Notes: generated by a model from the sequence alone, not told the origin. A DNA stretch of 64,000 nucleotides from Marsupella aquatica (GCA_973895155.1 OZ316892.1:28710832-28774831); one strand, 5' to 3'. Positions 35,443 to 49,392 are shown, counted from the first letter of the stretch. Program-made: numbers and translations.

Positions 35443-38400
35443 CTGGAGTGCCTTTCTAGGAGTTCGGGCAAGGTGCGAAACTGAGTTTGAATGCTGTCGA
35501 AGATGGTCCTTGGCCACTTAATTCTTGCTCAACATATGTGGTTTCCACATAGAGGAGATCCCTATTGCCACTGGTATTATAAGCTGAGGGTTCTGCTCGC
35601 TAAACTTCTTGTAGAGTATAGCGTAAATTCCTAGAAGAAATATGGCGGAAGGGAACGCTGGAAGGCTACATTGTACACACCATCCGCACCAACAATTTGT
35701 TCCAAGGCAGCAATATCTCCGTTAAGCAGTCTTTCAATGCTGAGGGGCACTAGCGAGATTTTTAGTAGGTTCTCACAGTCGACGAAATTGAGATTATACT
35801 ATTTGCAAGTGGTAATCCATTTCGTTTAGACTCAGAGCAGTCCATCTGCACGTCCCTGAATTTGGGACCAAGTAAGCAGATGAGGTTTAATGTCTAACGC
35901 GAAATCCCTTTCCATTCTTTCCGGTAGTAGTTTTTTTCAGGATTAGTTGTCGAAGGGAGGAAAGTGTTGTCTGGTAAGCTCCTTTCGGTGCTCTCATAAC
36001 ATAGACTTGACTGGTCGGAGCTTATTTTGCAGGCTTACAATTCATATGAAATTGCAACACAGTAGTACTTGTGATTTCACCTTTGAGTTTCAATGGATAG
36101 ATCAGATCTCTCAAAATATTTCTTAGTTAATAAGTTGCTGCAGATTTCTGTCCATGAAAATGTTTGGACATTCTGTGATGGTAGGTTTCCATTTAGGGAA
36201 GGGAAGAAACCAAATCCAATGGAGCAAAAACCTTGTCACCATATTATCTTTTTGAATAGCATCAGTCTCATCAGCTGCTGTAATTTTGTGTATGAACATT
36301 TGTGGACATTCTGTAGTGGTATTTTAAAAGGGTTGGATAAAGAAACAAGGACTTTGAAGCAGATCATCATCTGCTCCCTTCTCTGAGAAAGTTGGCGAGT
36401 GGATTGTGGCCTGGCTTGCAGGCGTTGTAGACAGCCGTCCTGGCCCAATTTGGCTATCCAGATGGGAGTGTGGAAGTCATTGGTAAATTCTTGTCGTCTT
36501 TTCTATGAATCTCTACCCTTTTGGAATTTAATGAAGATTAGGATGCCTAGAAAAGTGGGCCCGATCCAGACACGTTTGAATCACAGCAACACGATCAGCT
36601 AAACGGGAGGAGGGTTGTCTAATTGTCGCCTTCTTGAGTAGCATGATCCCACACAGAAGTGACAATAAAAGCAACGATGCTGTGCTCAACCAACTATGCT
36701 AGAATCTGGTCTGTTTGGGGTTTATTGTGGCTGCTTGGGTTTGTTGCGGTACTTCATTAACCACAATAAAATGTTACAGATGGCTCTAGTGGCATATGTG
36801 CTGCCCCCAACCACGAGACCACCCAAACCTCTTCTCTCCGGATTACAGCAAAGTTTTCTTATCATCCACCTGAATGAGTGAAAACCCTCACATGAGCAGC
36901 TCGTACTGGTCTGATTTATGCAGCCCAAACCAATATAGCCTTCTGTGTATTGGTGCCAAAAAGGAACCGCTCTACTTCCAAAAAGTTTGAGGATCTGCCA
37001 ACGAGAAGTTTGGTGTTCAGAGTGGAAACCGTGGAACCATCTCAAAATCCACTCACCTAGTTTTGAACGTGTCTACGAGCGACAGTAATAGTAAGAAACG
37101 GGACTCTCCGTTGGTATGTAAGTAGTGCTGCCATTCAAGAACCCAAAGACCTACAATTCTACACCAGACTCGCTCATTGTCACAAGCGCATCCTGAAGCG
37201 CTATGTAAGAGTTGCTGACATTCAGGACTTTTGTGCAATTCTACACTGTTTCTTTCGCAAATTGAATATAACTTTGACCTGATGCAAGTGCAGAAGGTTC
37301 CAGAGTAAAACGGCCAAAGGAGAATCGTTGGCCCACAGCAATCCAGAATCTTTACTGGAGACTTCAGATTGTCACACCAAAGGTAAATCTTCAAGTGCGT
37401 TGACAGTAGGACACATCGGAAGATCCGATCCTCTCCATACCTGTGCTGCTTGCTGTACAGATGCCAAGGGCAGGTCGTTCGGTGGGGCATCTCTTACTTG
37501 GGAGGAAAGAAACTGAAGTAGGCAGCAGATATTCATGCTCATAGGATCAATTGGCCCACTAACAGAGGAAAGATCTAGGATCGAGCTCCCTGCCAGAATT
37601 TGCAAATTTCAACTCGAATGCTCAATCAGACTCGGCAGGACTAATTGGGCAAGCTAAAATGAGATGTACATACGGGCAGATCCCACATCAAACTTCGAAT
37701 GAGCTGATGGAGATTACAGCAACACAAAAGTCTATCGAGCTTGTGTGATTGTCTCGATCAAATTTGCTCTAACAATGCCCATGGAAAAAGCAGCAAGGGG
37801 ATAAGAGCCAAGAACACAGTCATGCATAGTATGCCAGGGCCCGCTGTACATGTCAATGGTTAGCTGGGGGCCTACTCCACTGATGCCACAGGACAACTAA
37901 AAACCCAAACAGAGACCCAAAGCGAACTATCTCAAGCTTCTTATCGGCGAACTGCTGTGCAATTAATCAAATGGATTGCCCTTCGGGAAAGGAAAATACA
38001 GGAGAAACAAGAACAGTAATAACAGCAATGAGTTATAAGATCAGTTGGGATCCCAACATGCTTGCTGTGTGACTGAAAAAGCTCTATGACTCTAAATGTC
38101 ATCCAAGCTCAAATGCGTACATCCTGATACTCCCACATAAGCGTACAAATCCTACCCAAGATGAAGGCTAATTTGATGGAGATCCCGACCAAGCTGGATA
38201 ACTCAAGAGCACCGAAGCTAGTCAACATATCTCATCTTTACAATGCAATCGGTACACTGAATGTTAAAAGTAATTGGACTTGAGCACTAGAGAAATGCCT
38301 ATGGATGAGCAGAACTCTGAAGACATCATTATTTTCGAAAAGAATGGGGTTTTCCCTTGTTTTCTTCCCTTCATGGAGCCTTCTACCTTTGGGATCCTTA

Positions 38401-39342
38401 CTTCTGGTTTGGTTTCTCTATGGCAGTGTGTCACTCGTGGTTTGGTATTTTACAATGTGACAAATAGACCGTTGAGGTTAATTCAATAAGTAATTTCCCC
38501 AAAGTTTTTGGGTATACTCTTAAAGACATCATTATTGTGGAAAAAGAATGGGTTTTTGCGTTGTTTCTTCCCTTTATGAAGTCTTCTGCCTTTGGGATCC
38601 TGATTCTCCTCGTTTGGTTTTAATATAGCAGTGTGATATTAGTGGTTTGGTTTTTTTGTTCGTCAACAATGTGATACATGTACTTGGAAACTGAAGCCAG
38701 GAGGGACCACCATGTTGGACACTATGCTCCAGTGGACCACATGTTGGTGGTCATGTGGTCCATGGAGTGTGGGACCCATAACTTGATAATTATGACTTCC
38801 AAAATATTTTTTAGTTGTGCACTGACAAGGCAAATAGAGAAGGAGGAGATGGAAAAAAACACCCAGCCAAATATGTCTTATTAACACATGAAAACTAATC
38901 TAATGATAATTACCCCTCCACGTTTTATGATGAAAAACTCAACCAAAATAGCCAAAAATTCAGTGGCACTTTGATGTAAGTGTAGTTTATACACTCCTCT
39001 AGCATATCCCCAGATTTTAAAATTATTTGAATATGTGAATATCAAGTTATTACAATCAAACTTAAATTTTGAGAAATGTGGTCCATGGGAGCTTCAAATT
39101 CTATAAACTTGCGAGGGTAATTTCCCAAATGTTATTGGGTAAACTTAACCAGGGTCAGTCTCTAAGAAATTGGTCACAGTTTTCCAGGCTCAAATTTTTC
39201 GACCAACCGTCAACGGCGCCGTTAGGTGTCCAAACCACCGTTGCTCACTTCCTGTCGTTCATACCTATCGAGGAGAGCTTTTCAATGGCGAAACAAATCT
39301 TCAAATCTACATTGTGAGCAGAGAGAGTCGAAGAGGAGCAAA

Positions 39343-42300
39343 ATGGCGAGGCTGGTGCGGAGGCCCCTTGCTATGGACCTCGTTCTATCGTCACGAAAGC
39401 CTTTGGGACACCATCTCTTCACTCGGACCATGGCCACAGACAGCAGCAGCGCAGCGGCAACATCGGCAACATCGGCAACATCTACGAAATCAGAGGTTTC
39501 GGCTTCGAAGCAGCTCAGCGGAAGCAGCATCAAGGGAACATTAGGCCGACGCTTCTACAAGAACGCGCTCGTCAAGCCCGTCCCCGTCCCCGGCGCCGAT
39601 CAGCATCAGGATCAGCACAAGGAGGGCGGATCTTTCGAGATTTCGTTGGATCATCGAGTGCTGCGGACTCCTGCGAAGCAACCGCTCCGATTCTCCAATC
39701 CCGCACTGGCCCATGCGATCGCAGCCGAATGGGAGTGGCAGGTGACTCGAAATCTGTGACCGGTAACCCTTGGATGAATGCGAATGAGAGGCAACTCAGT
39801 TTTCTTGCGGTTTTAGGGTTGGTGGTGTTCAAAGATTGTATTTTTCCTCTATGAAGAATTTGTTAGCTTATTTCATTAATGATACGATGGAATCTCTTGA
39901 AGAGTATAGACGTTGGTGTGATATGCATGGAATGTGATTGAGAAGGATTCCACCTTTTTGAGTTTTAGGGTTTGGGATCGTCAGTTTACCCTTGTTTCTC
40001 TCTATGCGAAGCTTCACATAGTGCAATCCTATGATGGTATGGTGGAATATTGTACACTGTGTGGCTGTTGGCCGTCGTAGTCAGGGTAGAGTGCGATTGG
40101 AAATGACTTCAGATTTGGGGATTTTAGGGTGTAGGATGTTTAGTTCACCTATTTTTCTTTTTTTGACTGAAGTTTTTGGCAGTGGTAAAATGGAATTTCT
40201 TGAATTTTATGAACAAGTTGATGAAACTGAAAGACTATTTGGTTACTGGCCTTAAAACCCTTGGATTATATTGGGTTTGTTTGCGTTGTCCGTTCAAGAT
40301 ACCATTTATCGAGTTACTGAATTCTGACCTATATGTCAGGACAGTAGTGGAGTTCGTTCCTATACAATGCCACTAATGAAGCTGGCCTCAATATCGATCG
40401 ACCAAGTACCAAATGATAAAGAGAGAATCATCGCAACCCTGCTGAAATATTGTCACACGGACGCTTTGTGCTGCCGGGCGTCCCCAGAGAGTGTACTATA
40501 TGGTATTTACTCACCCCATAACTGCTTTTCATTACCTGACAAGTGACAGAGGTTGGACTTAGAAGTCTATTTTAAAGCGTATCACATGTTCTGGGCTTCA
40601 GGAGAAATGTGATCTTGTCGTTTAGTCGGCCTCTCGGGTGTGGCAATTTTCTCCACTGGAACACCGAGTCCGAGGACTCCGGTAGTGAATTCATCTGAGG
40701 AAAGAAGATAAGATGGGAACCAAGTAGGAGATTAAAGGGTGGTCTATCAAATACAAACTGGAAGTAGTGAGCCAAGATCATCCTAGAAAATCCATACTTA
40801 TCTCCTGCATGACCTAGTTTCGTGGACGCGTATTCTGTTTTAGTTCATCTGGCTATGAAGAAGAAAAGGCCGGTCTTACTGTTGCCCGGGCTCTTGAATG
40901 CCTCAAGAGCTGCAAGAAGGCGGCACAGTGCTGCATACCATCGAAAAAGGTTATCTGAGCCAACATTTCTTCTCACTTCGATATGAAGCCTGAGGAGCGA
41001 ATTATCGCAACCGTGCTGAAATATTGTCGCACCGACTCTCTGTTTGTTTTATGGTATTCTCTCACCCAATGGGTGCTTTTCACTACCTGACAAGTGATAG
41101 AATATGACTTAGAAGTCTATTTTAAAGGCTAGTACATGTCCTGGGCGTCTGGAGTGGGAGAAATGCGATCTTATTGATTATTCAGCCTCTCGGTCTGTCA
41201 TTTAACTCCACTGGAACACCGAGTCAGAGGAATTCCGTAGTGACTTCATGCGAGAAAAGAACATAAAATGGGAACCAAGTAGGAGCGTAAAGTGTGGTCT
41301 ATCAAATACGAACTGGAAGTAGCAAGCCCTTATTGTTTATAGTGCGTGTCCTTATGGGGAGAATGGGAGTCTTCTAACTTTTCTTCTGTTGGTAAACGCT
41401 AATTGAAGAACGAAATATTACCTGCCTAATTTGGGTTAGCCACCAAACAAGATTTTCCTGTTCTGGATGCAACTTTCCAGGCTTACAGTCTGTAGCTCAA
41501 TTGGTTTCAGGCATCTTGAATAGGAGGATCCTGATAGGCGGAAACCCAATGGTACTAAGCGAGCGTATATCGAAGCTTACAAGTCTGGTTTTCCAAGAAA
41601 ATCCATGCTTACCACCGTCGTAACTTAGTTTCGTGAACGCGTTTTCTGTTTTAGTTCATCTGGCTATGAAGACAAAAAAGGCCGAGTCTGACTGTTGCCC
41701 GGGCTCTTGAGGTGCCTCAAGAGCTGCCAGAAGGCGGCACAGTGCTGCATTCCTCGAAAAAGGTTATCTGAGCCAACCTTTTTTCTCACTTAGATGTGAA
41801 GCCTGAACTTGTTCTCTTCTAGGTTTAATGTAACTCAATGTCTAACGAAAAGCTGCTCTCGAGGTACTGAAATTATAGGAAATGCTAACATAGTCTGCCG
41901 TGTGGGCTGTCAGACAAACAGGCCAGGCACTGGGATCCTCTCCTTGACTGGGTGGAGGCAGAGATAGGAGCCAGACCAATTGTCTCTTCCAGTATTTTTG
42001 GACCAACTCAGCCACAGGAGTTTGTCAGGAGTCTGGAAAATTGTCTTCGGGGTTTGAATCACTGGCAACTGGCTGCAATAGACTCCTTGTCAGGCTCCGC
42101 ACGCTCCATTGTGGTAGCCTTGGCAATAGCTCGCAACAAGCTGAACATTGAGCAAGCTATCGAGGTCATTCGCGTGGAGGAGAATCACCAGGTTTGTTCA
42201 CCTTTCCAACGTTGAATTTTTCAAGTTTCTCAGGGCTCTCGTCAACCGACTTAGAATTACACGCCTGTAACTGGAACTTCTCTGGGATACAGAGACCGCG

Positions 42301-42472
42301 GAAAGTGATGAACGAACGTTTTCTATCCATGGATTGAATAGTGAATCTCATGAGTATGGACCATTTTCTGCAGGTTGAAGACTGGGGGTACGTAGAAGGT
42401 GGCCATGACATCGACGAGGCAGACATCCGTGTCAGGATTGCTGCAGCGTCAGTTTTCTTAAGGCTTTTGTAG
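39343..42472 (+). CDS. ATP12: Mitochondrial ATP synthase F1 assembly factor 2; exons 39343-39741, 40340-40502, 41914-42191, 42374-42472 (312 aa)
   Basis: Transit-peptide-like N-terminus, RRFYK, LDHRVLRTP, AIAAEWEWQ, TMPLMKL, WDPLLDW, RVEENHQVEDWGYVEGGHDID. GT-AG joins are in frame (939 nt). Confidence 0.93.
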
Positions 42473-43173
42473 ATAGAAAGTAGATATTATAATTTGCAAG
42501 CACTGGCGGTAACGATGAGCACTCAAAAAGAAGAGGCGGCCACACCTTGCTGCTGAGAATTTTTTTCTAGTCTTGAACAATTTTGCATTAGTACTTGGGG
42601 CCTTCAAAAGAGTTTACTCGCTACCTGTTTATGCCTGGAAACCCGCGCACTCACGTAGATCTATGGTATCGAACCACGCGAAGAATATTGTCAGAAATCT
42701 ATTTTAAATATTGAAATGTGATTCTTAGACATAGGTAAGGGCAAAATTCAACCGTTAATATCTATTGACAATGTATATCTTCTGGGTCGATTCATGGAAA
42801 TGTATTAAGCAGACCAATGTCCTATGTCTATGACAATGTTCTGAGAAATTGATCCAATGTCTTTTTCACTTGTTATTGAACTTTCTGTTAACAATATTTG
42901 AATTCAGTTTGTGATTCAACGCAGTGGTGACGTAAGAACAACTGGAGTAGTCTTACACGGACGTCTGATTCTCCCAGAATAGAACTCGAATCAGAATTGG
43001 AAAAGCAGTATCTACTACTGAAGAGTTTGAAGCTTGAACCCCAAAGCCCACACTGTTACCTGCTGAAAAAATTCTACCGGATAGAAAACCTGTTTCTATA
43101 ATAGTAAAGGTGGTTCATGCTCGAGGAAAGAAATCTCGTAGAACTTGAGCTCCACATCCATCACTTGAGCAAA

Positions 43174-43186
43174 GACACGTATAAAA
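43174..43186 (+). promoter_or_regulatory. ABRE-like motif (GACACGT = reverse complement of ACGTGTC) abutting TATAAAA upstream of the LEA gene
   Basis: Motif match only. Its position ~390 bp upstream of a LEA ATG is consistent with ABA regulation. Confidence 0.35.
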
Positions 43187-43569
43187 AGGACCAAGCATCA
43201 TCGTGGCAGGTGGCAGCCCTCTGTGGTATGCTTTGCGGAAAAGGTGAACGCAACTGTCTTGGGAACCTTCGTTCTCAGATTAGTCTTGTTATTTAGGCAA
43301 CCATTGGGAAGGTTTAAGGGAAGATTTAAGCAATGACGCTTTTGGGACTGACAGCTCGAGCATATTACACTAATTAAGGAAAGGTTGCTGCAACTGCTGC
43401 CAGTTCCATTGTGCTCTCAATCTATACATTGGTGGCTTGATCCAATTTGATGCAGACCGACTACCAACGACGGACTTCTTGATCATTTCGACGAACCCCA
43501 GGAGCGAGATTTTGTGGAGAATTGCTGGGTCAGTTTTCCGTTTCGCAGGAAATTGCTCAATTGAAGAAG

Positions 43570-45878
43570 ATGCAGACCGTGAAGAACGCAGCGGCGACCG
43601 CGAAGGCGAAGGTGGAGAACGCATCCGCCAAAACTGACGAGAAGAAGGCCGACGCCAAGATTGCAGTCGACGAGAAGGTATGCTCGCATATACAGTGAAA
43701 TTCGTTGTCATACAGTGGAATTCATTGTCAATGTCTGGTCTTAGACGAACCGCTCTTTTAAATTTCTAATATGAGAGGAGAAGAGCTGGACAAAGCAGCT
43801 CCTTCAAAAATGAGAATTATGACTGAGGGACAACGAAGCTTACTAGAAGATCAACTTGAGAGACGTGAAATGAATACTGCAATCGATTTCAGCAAATTTG
43901 CCTTCCTTGAGCTCGTCACAACTTCGGAAAAGCTGGTATTGAGAGGAAACTTGACAGAGCACATGTTAGCGCTAGCTACTCTCGTGCAGTTTCTCCAGAA
44001 ATTTCGTTTGTTCGTATAAATTTAAACAGCTCCTCGAATTGTAATTGGTTGCCTGACTAGGTAGACAACTGACCCTTGCTGTTGGCAACGCTCCCCTGCA
44101 ACATCCGGGGTACCCACCGCCATGCCTGCGGGCTAAAGAAGCAGTATCCCAGTTGAAAGCAATATTTGTAGTGATATCATCCGCTCTCATTTCTTGTAGA
44201 CGCTATGCAATCGTGAGGAGAAAGCTGAAAGTTACAAGTGACCTTCAGCACAACCGTAGGAAATTTTTTTGTGATCAAGATTCGTCCTGCATGTCGTCTG
44301 TTGAAACTATTTAGCTTTGAGAGCCTCGAGAATCAGTCGAATTCGGTCGCAGTTCAATTGATGGATACAGACGGTGGAGCTGGATCCTGAGCACATAATG
44401 TTAATGTGAAAGAATGGTATACTGAAGGTGAAGATGGTTTCGTCGATGATACTGTGGAGAGAGCCACGGCGCTGGTAATGCAGAAGTAGTTCTTTCTTTC
44501 TGGGGGTGACGATTTTGCTCTACTTGGCGATCGTCTTAGTGACCGCCGTCCCTACAGCCACAACTAGATGGATTGCGCCGATAGATTCTGACAATTCAGT
44601 ATTGTACAAATGTAGATTGAGGTTGGTCTTTAATCAAAAGACATTGTGAAAGACAGATAACCTGCATGTGAGTTAGATCTGTCGAAGGTATAGTGAAGAT
44701 AGGCCATGACGGTAGTTTGTGGAGTAGCCCATAGATTGGATGATTTATTACAAATAGTAAAGATGGAGTTCGATCTCGAAAGACAATTGTGACAAAGAAA
44801 GCTTACTGAGGGTAAAGTTAGTCGAAGATGGACCATAACGATGGTAATACATAATAGTAGATTGATTCCGACTATACTTTCTTGTTCAATTTGCAACGAT
44901 GCTCAACGTGCAGTGGAGCACTTCGCAAAGGAAAAAAACTTCGATATCTTTCTGACATTATGTCGTCCAGAATCAAAAAGGTGCTCACCTTTTGTGACAC
45001 TTCTGCCAAAAACGTAACTTCGGTCCTCTTTGTGACCGAAATACAGACATTGGCTCATCTTTGTGAGATCGAAAAACCAAAATCGTTCTCATATTATAAC
45101 ATGTCGCCCAAAACGGAAATTCGCTCTTCTTTGTCATCGAAATACAGATGTTATCTCATCTTTGTGAGATCAAGATACGGGTCCTCTTTGTGACCGAATT
45201 ACAGACCACTCATCTTTGTGAGATTGAAGAACGGAAATTCGCTCCTCTCTGTCATCGAAACACAGACATTGGCTCATCTATGTGATCTATGTGAGATCGA
45301 AAAACGGGAATTCTCCTCTTTGTAACGGAAATGCAAACATTGGCTCACATTTGTGCGATCGAGAAACGGGGAATTCTTTCCTCTTTGTCACTGAAACACA
45401 AACATCGGCTCATCTGTGTGAGATCGAGAAACATCAATTCGCTCCTTTTGAGACCCAAATACAGACATTGGCTCATCTTTGTGAGACCCAGAAACCGAAA
45501 TCCGCTCAATTTCTGTGAGACCTAAAGACCGAAAACCGGAATTTTTTTCTCATTTTTTTTGTGGGGATTGATCCTGTACGCGTGCAGGTGGAGAAGATGA
45601 AGGCGCATGGCGACGAGAGCTCGAAGGCGGAGGCGGAGCAGCGGAGGAGAGAAAAGGAAGAGGAGGTTGGAAGGAGGGCAGTGAAGCAGGAGCAGCAGAA
45701 CGAGGCCGAGAAGGAGAGGGCCACGGACCCCCACCCTGGCCCCATCGGCGACCGGCCCACTCCGGCCGACCTTGATATGGCCGAGGAGAACCCGTCCAAC
45801 CCTCGCATGCCGGCCGGCGGCTCGGCCGGCCCCGCCATCCCGAACTACCTCGGCCCCTTTGGTGGTTCCGTCGCGTAG
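43570..45878 (+). CDS. Late embryogenesis abundant protein, LEA_1 (group 4) family; exons 43570-43677 and 45588-45878 (132 aa)
   Basis: MQTVKNAAATAKAKVENASAKTDEKK...DEK|VEKMKAH...KAEAEQRRREKEEE with a phase-0 GT-AG join, matching the LEA_1 N-terminal pattern and typical intron position. Confidence 0.75.
45022..45535. repeat. ~60-bp tandem repeat, ~8-9 degenerate copies, inside the LEA intron
   Basis: tcctctttgt...gaaatacagacattggctcatctttgtgagatcgaaaaac units. Confidence 0.88.
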
Positions 45879-46343
45879 CACCGTCTGACCCCCTTGGGCC
45901 AATTTTTACATGTAATTTTCTTCAGTTTTATAGGCCTTTTTTTGTTGTGTTTAGACAAATTTCATGTGTCTTAAATATATGGGTTTGCATTTAAGCCAAA
46001 GGTTGATGGTTTGGTATTGAAGTTTGTATAGAGACATTTAATTGATGGACCCCAAACCAGATTTTGCCCCCAAACTAATGCAATAACTCCATGAGGTTTT
46101 TGCATAGTTCCGTTGCATAAGCACCGTCTGACCCCTTGGGCAAATTTTACGTGTAATTTTCTTCAGTTTTATAGGCCTTTTTTGTTTTGTTTAGACAAAT
46201 TTCATGTGTCTTAAATATATGGGTTTGCATTTAAGCGAAAGGTTGATGTTTTGGTATTGAAGTTTGTATAGAGAGATTTAATTGATGGACTTCCAAACCA
46301 AAGTTTGTCCCGAAACTAATGCAATAAACCCCATGAGGTTTTG
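45877..46343. repeat. ~243-bp tandem duplication of LEA 3' flank
   Basis: agcaccgtctgacccc...ccatgaggtttt at 45877 and 46120. Confidence 0.88.
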
Positions 46344-47155
46344 AATTGTTGAGGTTTTGAATTGTTGATTTAAAGTCTGACAATGATCTAGATCACTCAA
46401 GGTTTCCCTCAAGTAACACTTCTCATTTTGATGGTCCATCAAGTAAATGTTGTGTATCCTGTTGATTTATTATGGTTAGGCTGCTGCACCTCCCTAAACT
46501 ACTCTGCTCCTTTAGTGGCATGCCGTAGAGAGGGGTCTGACCTTTGATGTTGTTTGCCTGGACTCCCTTGTGACATCAGTGGCATGTAATTGTTTAAATT
46601 ATGTTTATATGCTACTTTATATGTGTTTTACATGTGTTTAGCATGGTTTTTCAGTTTAGGCAAAGGTTGGGGTTTGAAGTGTGTCTTATTGATTGAATTA
46701 TCTTTTGGTGGATGCTGGCCGCCATCGCAAACTACCTTGGTCCCTCTATAGTAGAACTGTTGCATAGAACCATCTGATGCTTGACGTTGGTAACGGCTCC
46801 CTTGTGACGTTGGTGGCAAGCAGGGTTTCACATGTAAGTTTTGTATGTGTTACAGTTTAGTTTATATTTTTACACAAATTGGATGTTTCTTATAGGGGTT
46901 GTTGTCCCAGCGTTCATGGTTTGGTTTTGAAGTTATGTAGTACTACTGAATTATCTTCTGGCAGCTTGGCCACCGCACTATCTTATCTACCTTGGCTCCA
47001 AAACATCAGGCTACAAATGAAATACAGGAAATGCTTGTAGACAGTACTTTGGCAACTGATTCATCATGGGTGTATGACAAAGCTCCATTCGCTTTGTATA
47101 CATCATCTCTAATCTGCTGTAGCCACCACACTTTGTGCTTTCGTTTCCATATTTC

Positions 47156-47188
<33 letters not shown>

Positions 47189-47374
47189 CCCGCAAAGGAA
47201 CGTAAACACCTTACGGGATTCAAGATTTGGTTTTTGAAATGTGTGCTCGAGTGATTTGTCTTCCGAAAGCTCGGCCTCCCCTGCCATCCCCAAACACCTT
47301 GGCTCCTATAGTAAGGCCGAAGTACAAGCTTTGGACTTCCAGCGAAAAACCTGTGTGACTCTGACCAGAGCAAA

Positions 47375-47623
47375 AACCCAGATGTTTGAGATACCCTAGT
47401 GGCACCATGGGATAGAGCTAACTCTGGCCATCATTGCAAACCAAGATGTTTGAGGTACACTAGTGGCACCCTCGGATAGAACTAACTCTGGCCATCATAG
47501 AAAACCAAGATGTTGAGATACCCTAGTGGCACCCTCGGATATAATTAACTCTGGCCATCATGGAAAACCGAGATGTTTGAGGTACCTTAGTAGCACCATG
47601 GGATATAATTAACTCTGGTCATC
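47375..47623. repeat. ~62-63-bp tandem repeat, 4 copies
   Basis: aaacc.agatgtttgag.tac.ctagtggcacc..ggata...taactctggccatcat units. Confidence 0.9.
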
Positions 47624-47796
47624 ATCAGGTTGCGTGTTGACCCTTGGATGTGTTGGCAAGGTGAACTTTGGATTGGCAAGTGTGACGCAGAAATAATAGC
47701 ATCTTCGCTAGAAAGCCGGGAGAATCGGACAAGGAGTTCTCCTCTTCAATACTGCCAAATAACCTTTTTCTCAAGAGAAACAAAATTGTCAAAAGA

Positions 47797-47867
47797 TGCA
47801 CTGCCCGGGAATCGAACCCGGGTCTGTACCGTGGCAGGGTACTATTCTACCACTAGACCAGCAGTGC
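47797..47867 (-). tRNA. tRNA-Gly (GCC)
   Basis: GCACTGCTGGTCTAGTGGTAGAATAGTACCCTGCCACGGTACAGACCCGGGTTCGATTCCCGGGCAGTGCA forms a full cloverleaf with anticodon GCC and a downstream T-run. Confidence 0.97.
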
Positions 47868-48714
47868 TACTTGCACAGTTAATCTCACGTTACATTATTT
47901 AACCCTTTTTTAAAGGGTCACTGCCCCTTCTCTACCCCGTTGACCGCTCCCTCCTGGCCTTTGGTCGGGCTAAAGGAAAACTACAGTCATTTTAATAATC
48001 ACATAACATATCATACTCCTTTCTATGCACATCTGGCTTTCTATGCCCATATGTTATGGTGGGGCCATAGAGCCCATTTTTTTAATGTACACTGCTATAT
48101 TTAGATGTATGTAAATAGACATAGTGGTACCTTCCTGCCCAGAAATTTCAGTTGTAGATTGGAAGACCTTCATTGAGAAAATGGTGGGAAGATAATCGTG
48201 CCAAGAATGCAAACTTTATCTTATTTTCCTGGAGTAATGTCTGACACTTAGATCTCCCTTGATTTAGAAATAACCATCAGATTCTGGGTAATGGGTTCCA
48301 GGTGGGAAACTGCTGATTAAAACTATAAAGGCACCCACATTTTTGCAGGAAGTGGCAAAGACTTTTTTAGTGAGGTGAAATTTGGCCCAAAAATGGCTGT
48401 GCCTTTACCCCTTTAGGTCCTGTGTCTCGTCAAAAGTGGCAAAGACTTTTCAGTGAGGTGTAATTTTGCAAAACTTTCGTCAATGGAGAGAAGTTGGGTC
48501 AGGCACACTCAGGTGTGGTGTCTACCATTCCTAGATACCCATCCTACATGACAAGCATGGGCCCCAGTAAAGGTTGTGGAGTATTTATGCAGCCAGACGT
48601 TAATTCCAAGAGAAACAAACTTTTGGACGAGAGTTTCAACCGAAGCCCCTCCACTATTCATGGTAAGATCAACAGTGACGAGGTTTCTCTGGAAGCACAC
48701 GTTAATTCCAAGGG

Positions 48715-49392
48715 AACAGAGTTACACACAAGAGTTTCAATGGAAGCCCTCAACGATCTCCATGGCACATTGATTTCGAAGAAATCCAGTGGAAGTTCAT
48801 GAAACGATTTCACTTTTGTTCGAAGGGAAGCAGGATATGAGGACTGAAAGTCTAGTATCTCTTCAAGTCCATGAGAATGATCTGCAAAGGGCACAGGTTG
48901 TTTCCAGATGATGCCTTCTGGTCGTGGACTGATGGGGACGGTTTTTCTCTTCATGTTTCTACTGTATCGCTTCATGAATTTTCCATGCTTTTCTGATTGA
49001 GTGTTGTGCAATTCTCTCTCAGGTTTGGAGATTTGGTGGAGGTGTGGAGCTCCATTAAATGATAAACCCAGTGCACGAGACTTGCAAAGTAAGCGCCTAA
49101 CGAGCTCCATGGCACATTGATTTCGGAGAATTTCAGTGGAAGGCCATGAAACGATTTCGCGTTTATTCGAAGGGAAGCAGGCCATGAGGACCGAATGTGT
49201 AGTATCTCTTCAAGCCCATCAGAAGGTCTGCAATTGGAACAGGTTGTTCTAAGATGATCTCTTCTGGTGGTGGACAAATTAGGACGCCTTTTCTGTTCAT
49301 GGATTTTCCATCCTTTTCTTATTGAGTGCTGTGCGTTCATCTATCAGGTTTGGAGACTTGGTGACTTGGTGGAGGTGTGGAGCTCCATTCAA
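48715..49392. repeat. Degenerate ~360-bp tandem duplication
   Basis: ctccatggcacattgatttcg...catgaaacgatttc...tcgaagggaagcagg...ggtggaggtgtggagctccatt occurs twice. Confidence 0.75.

Noticed and set aside
36700-37800. Possible LRR/F-box remnant on minus strand
   Set aside because: Too degenerate, with no diagnostic motif in a continuous frame.
45022-47623. 60-63-bp arrays (also 25612-25912) with CRISPR-like periodicity
   Set aside because: Whole units are similar to each other, so these are minisatellites.
48494-49340. ORFs of 100-175 aa
   Set aside because: They overlap a degenerate tandem duplication whose copies do not keep the same frame, and have no recognisable domain.
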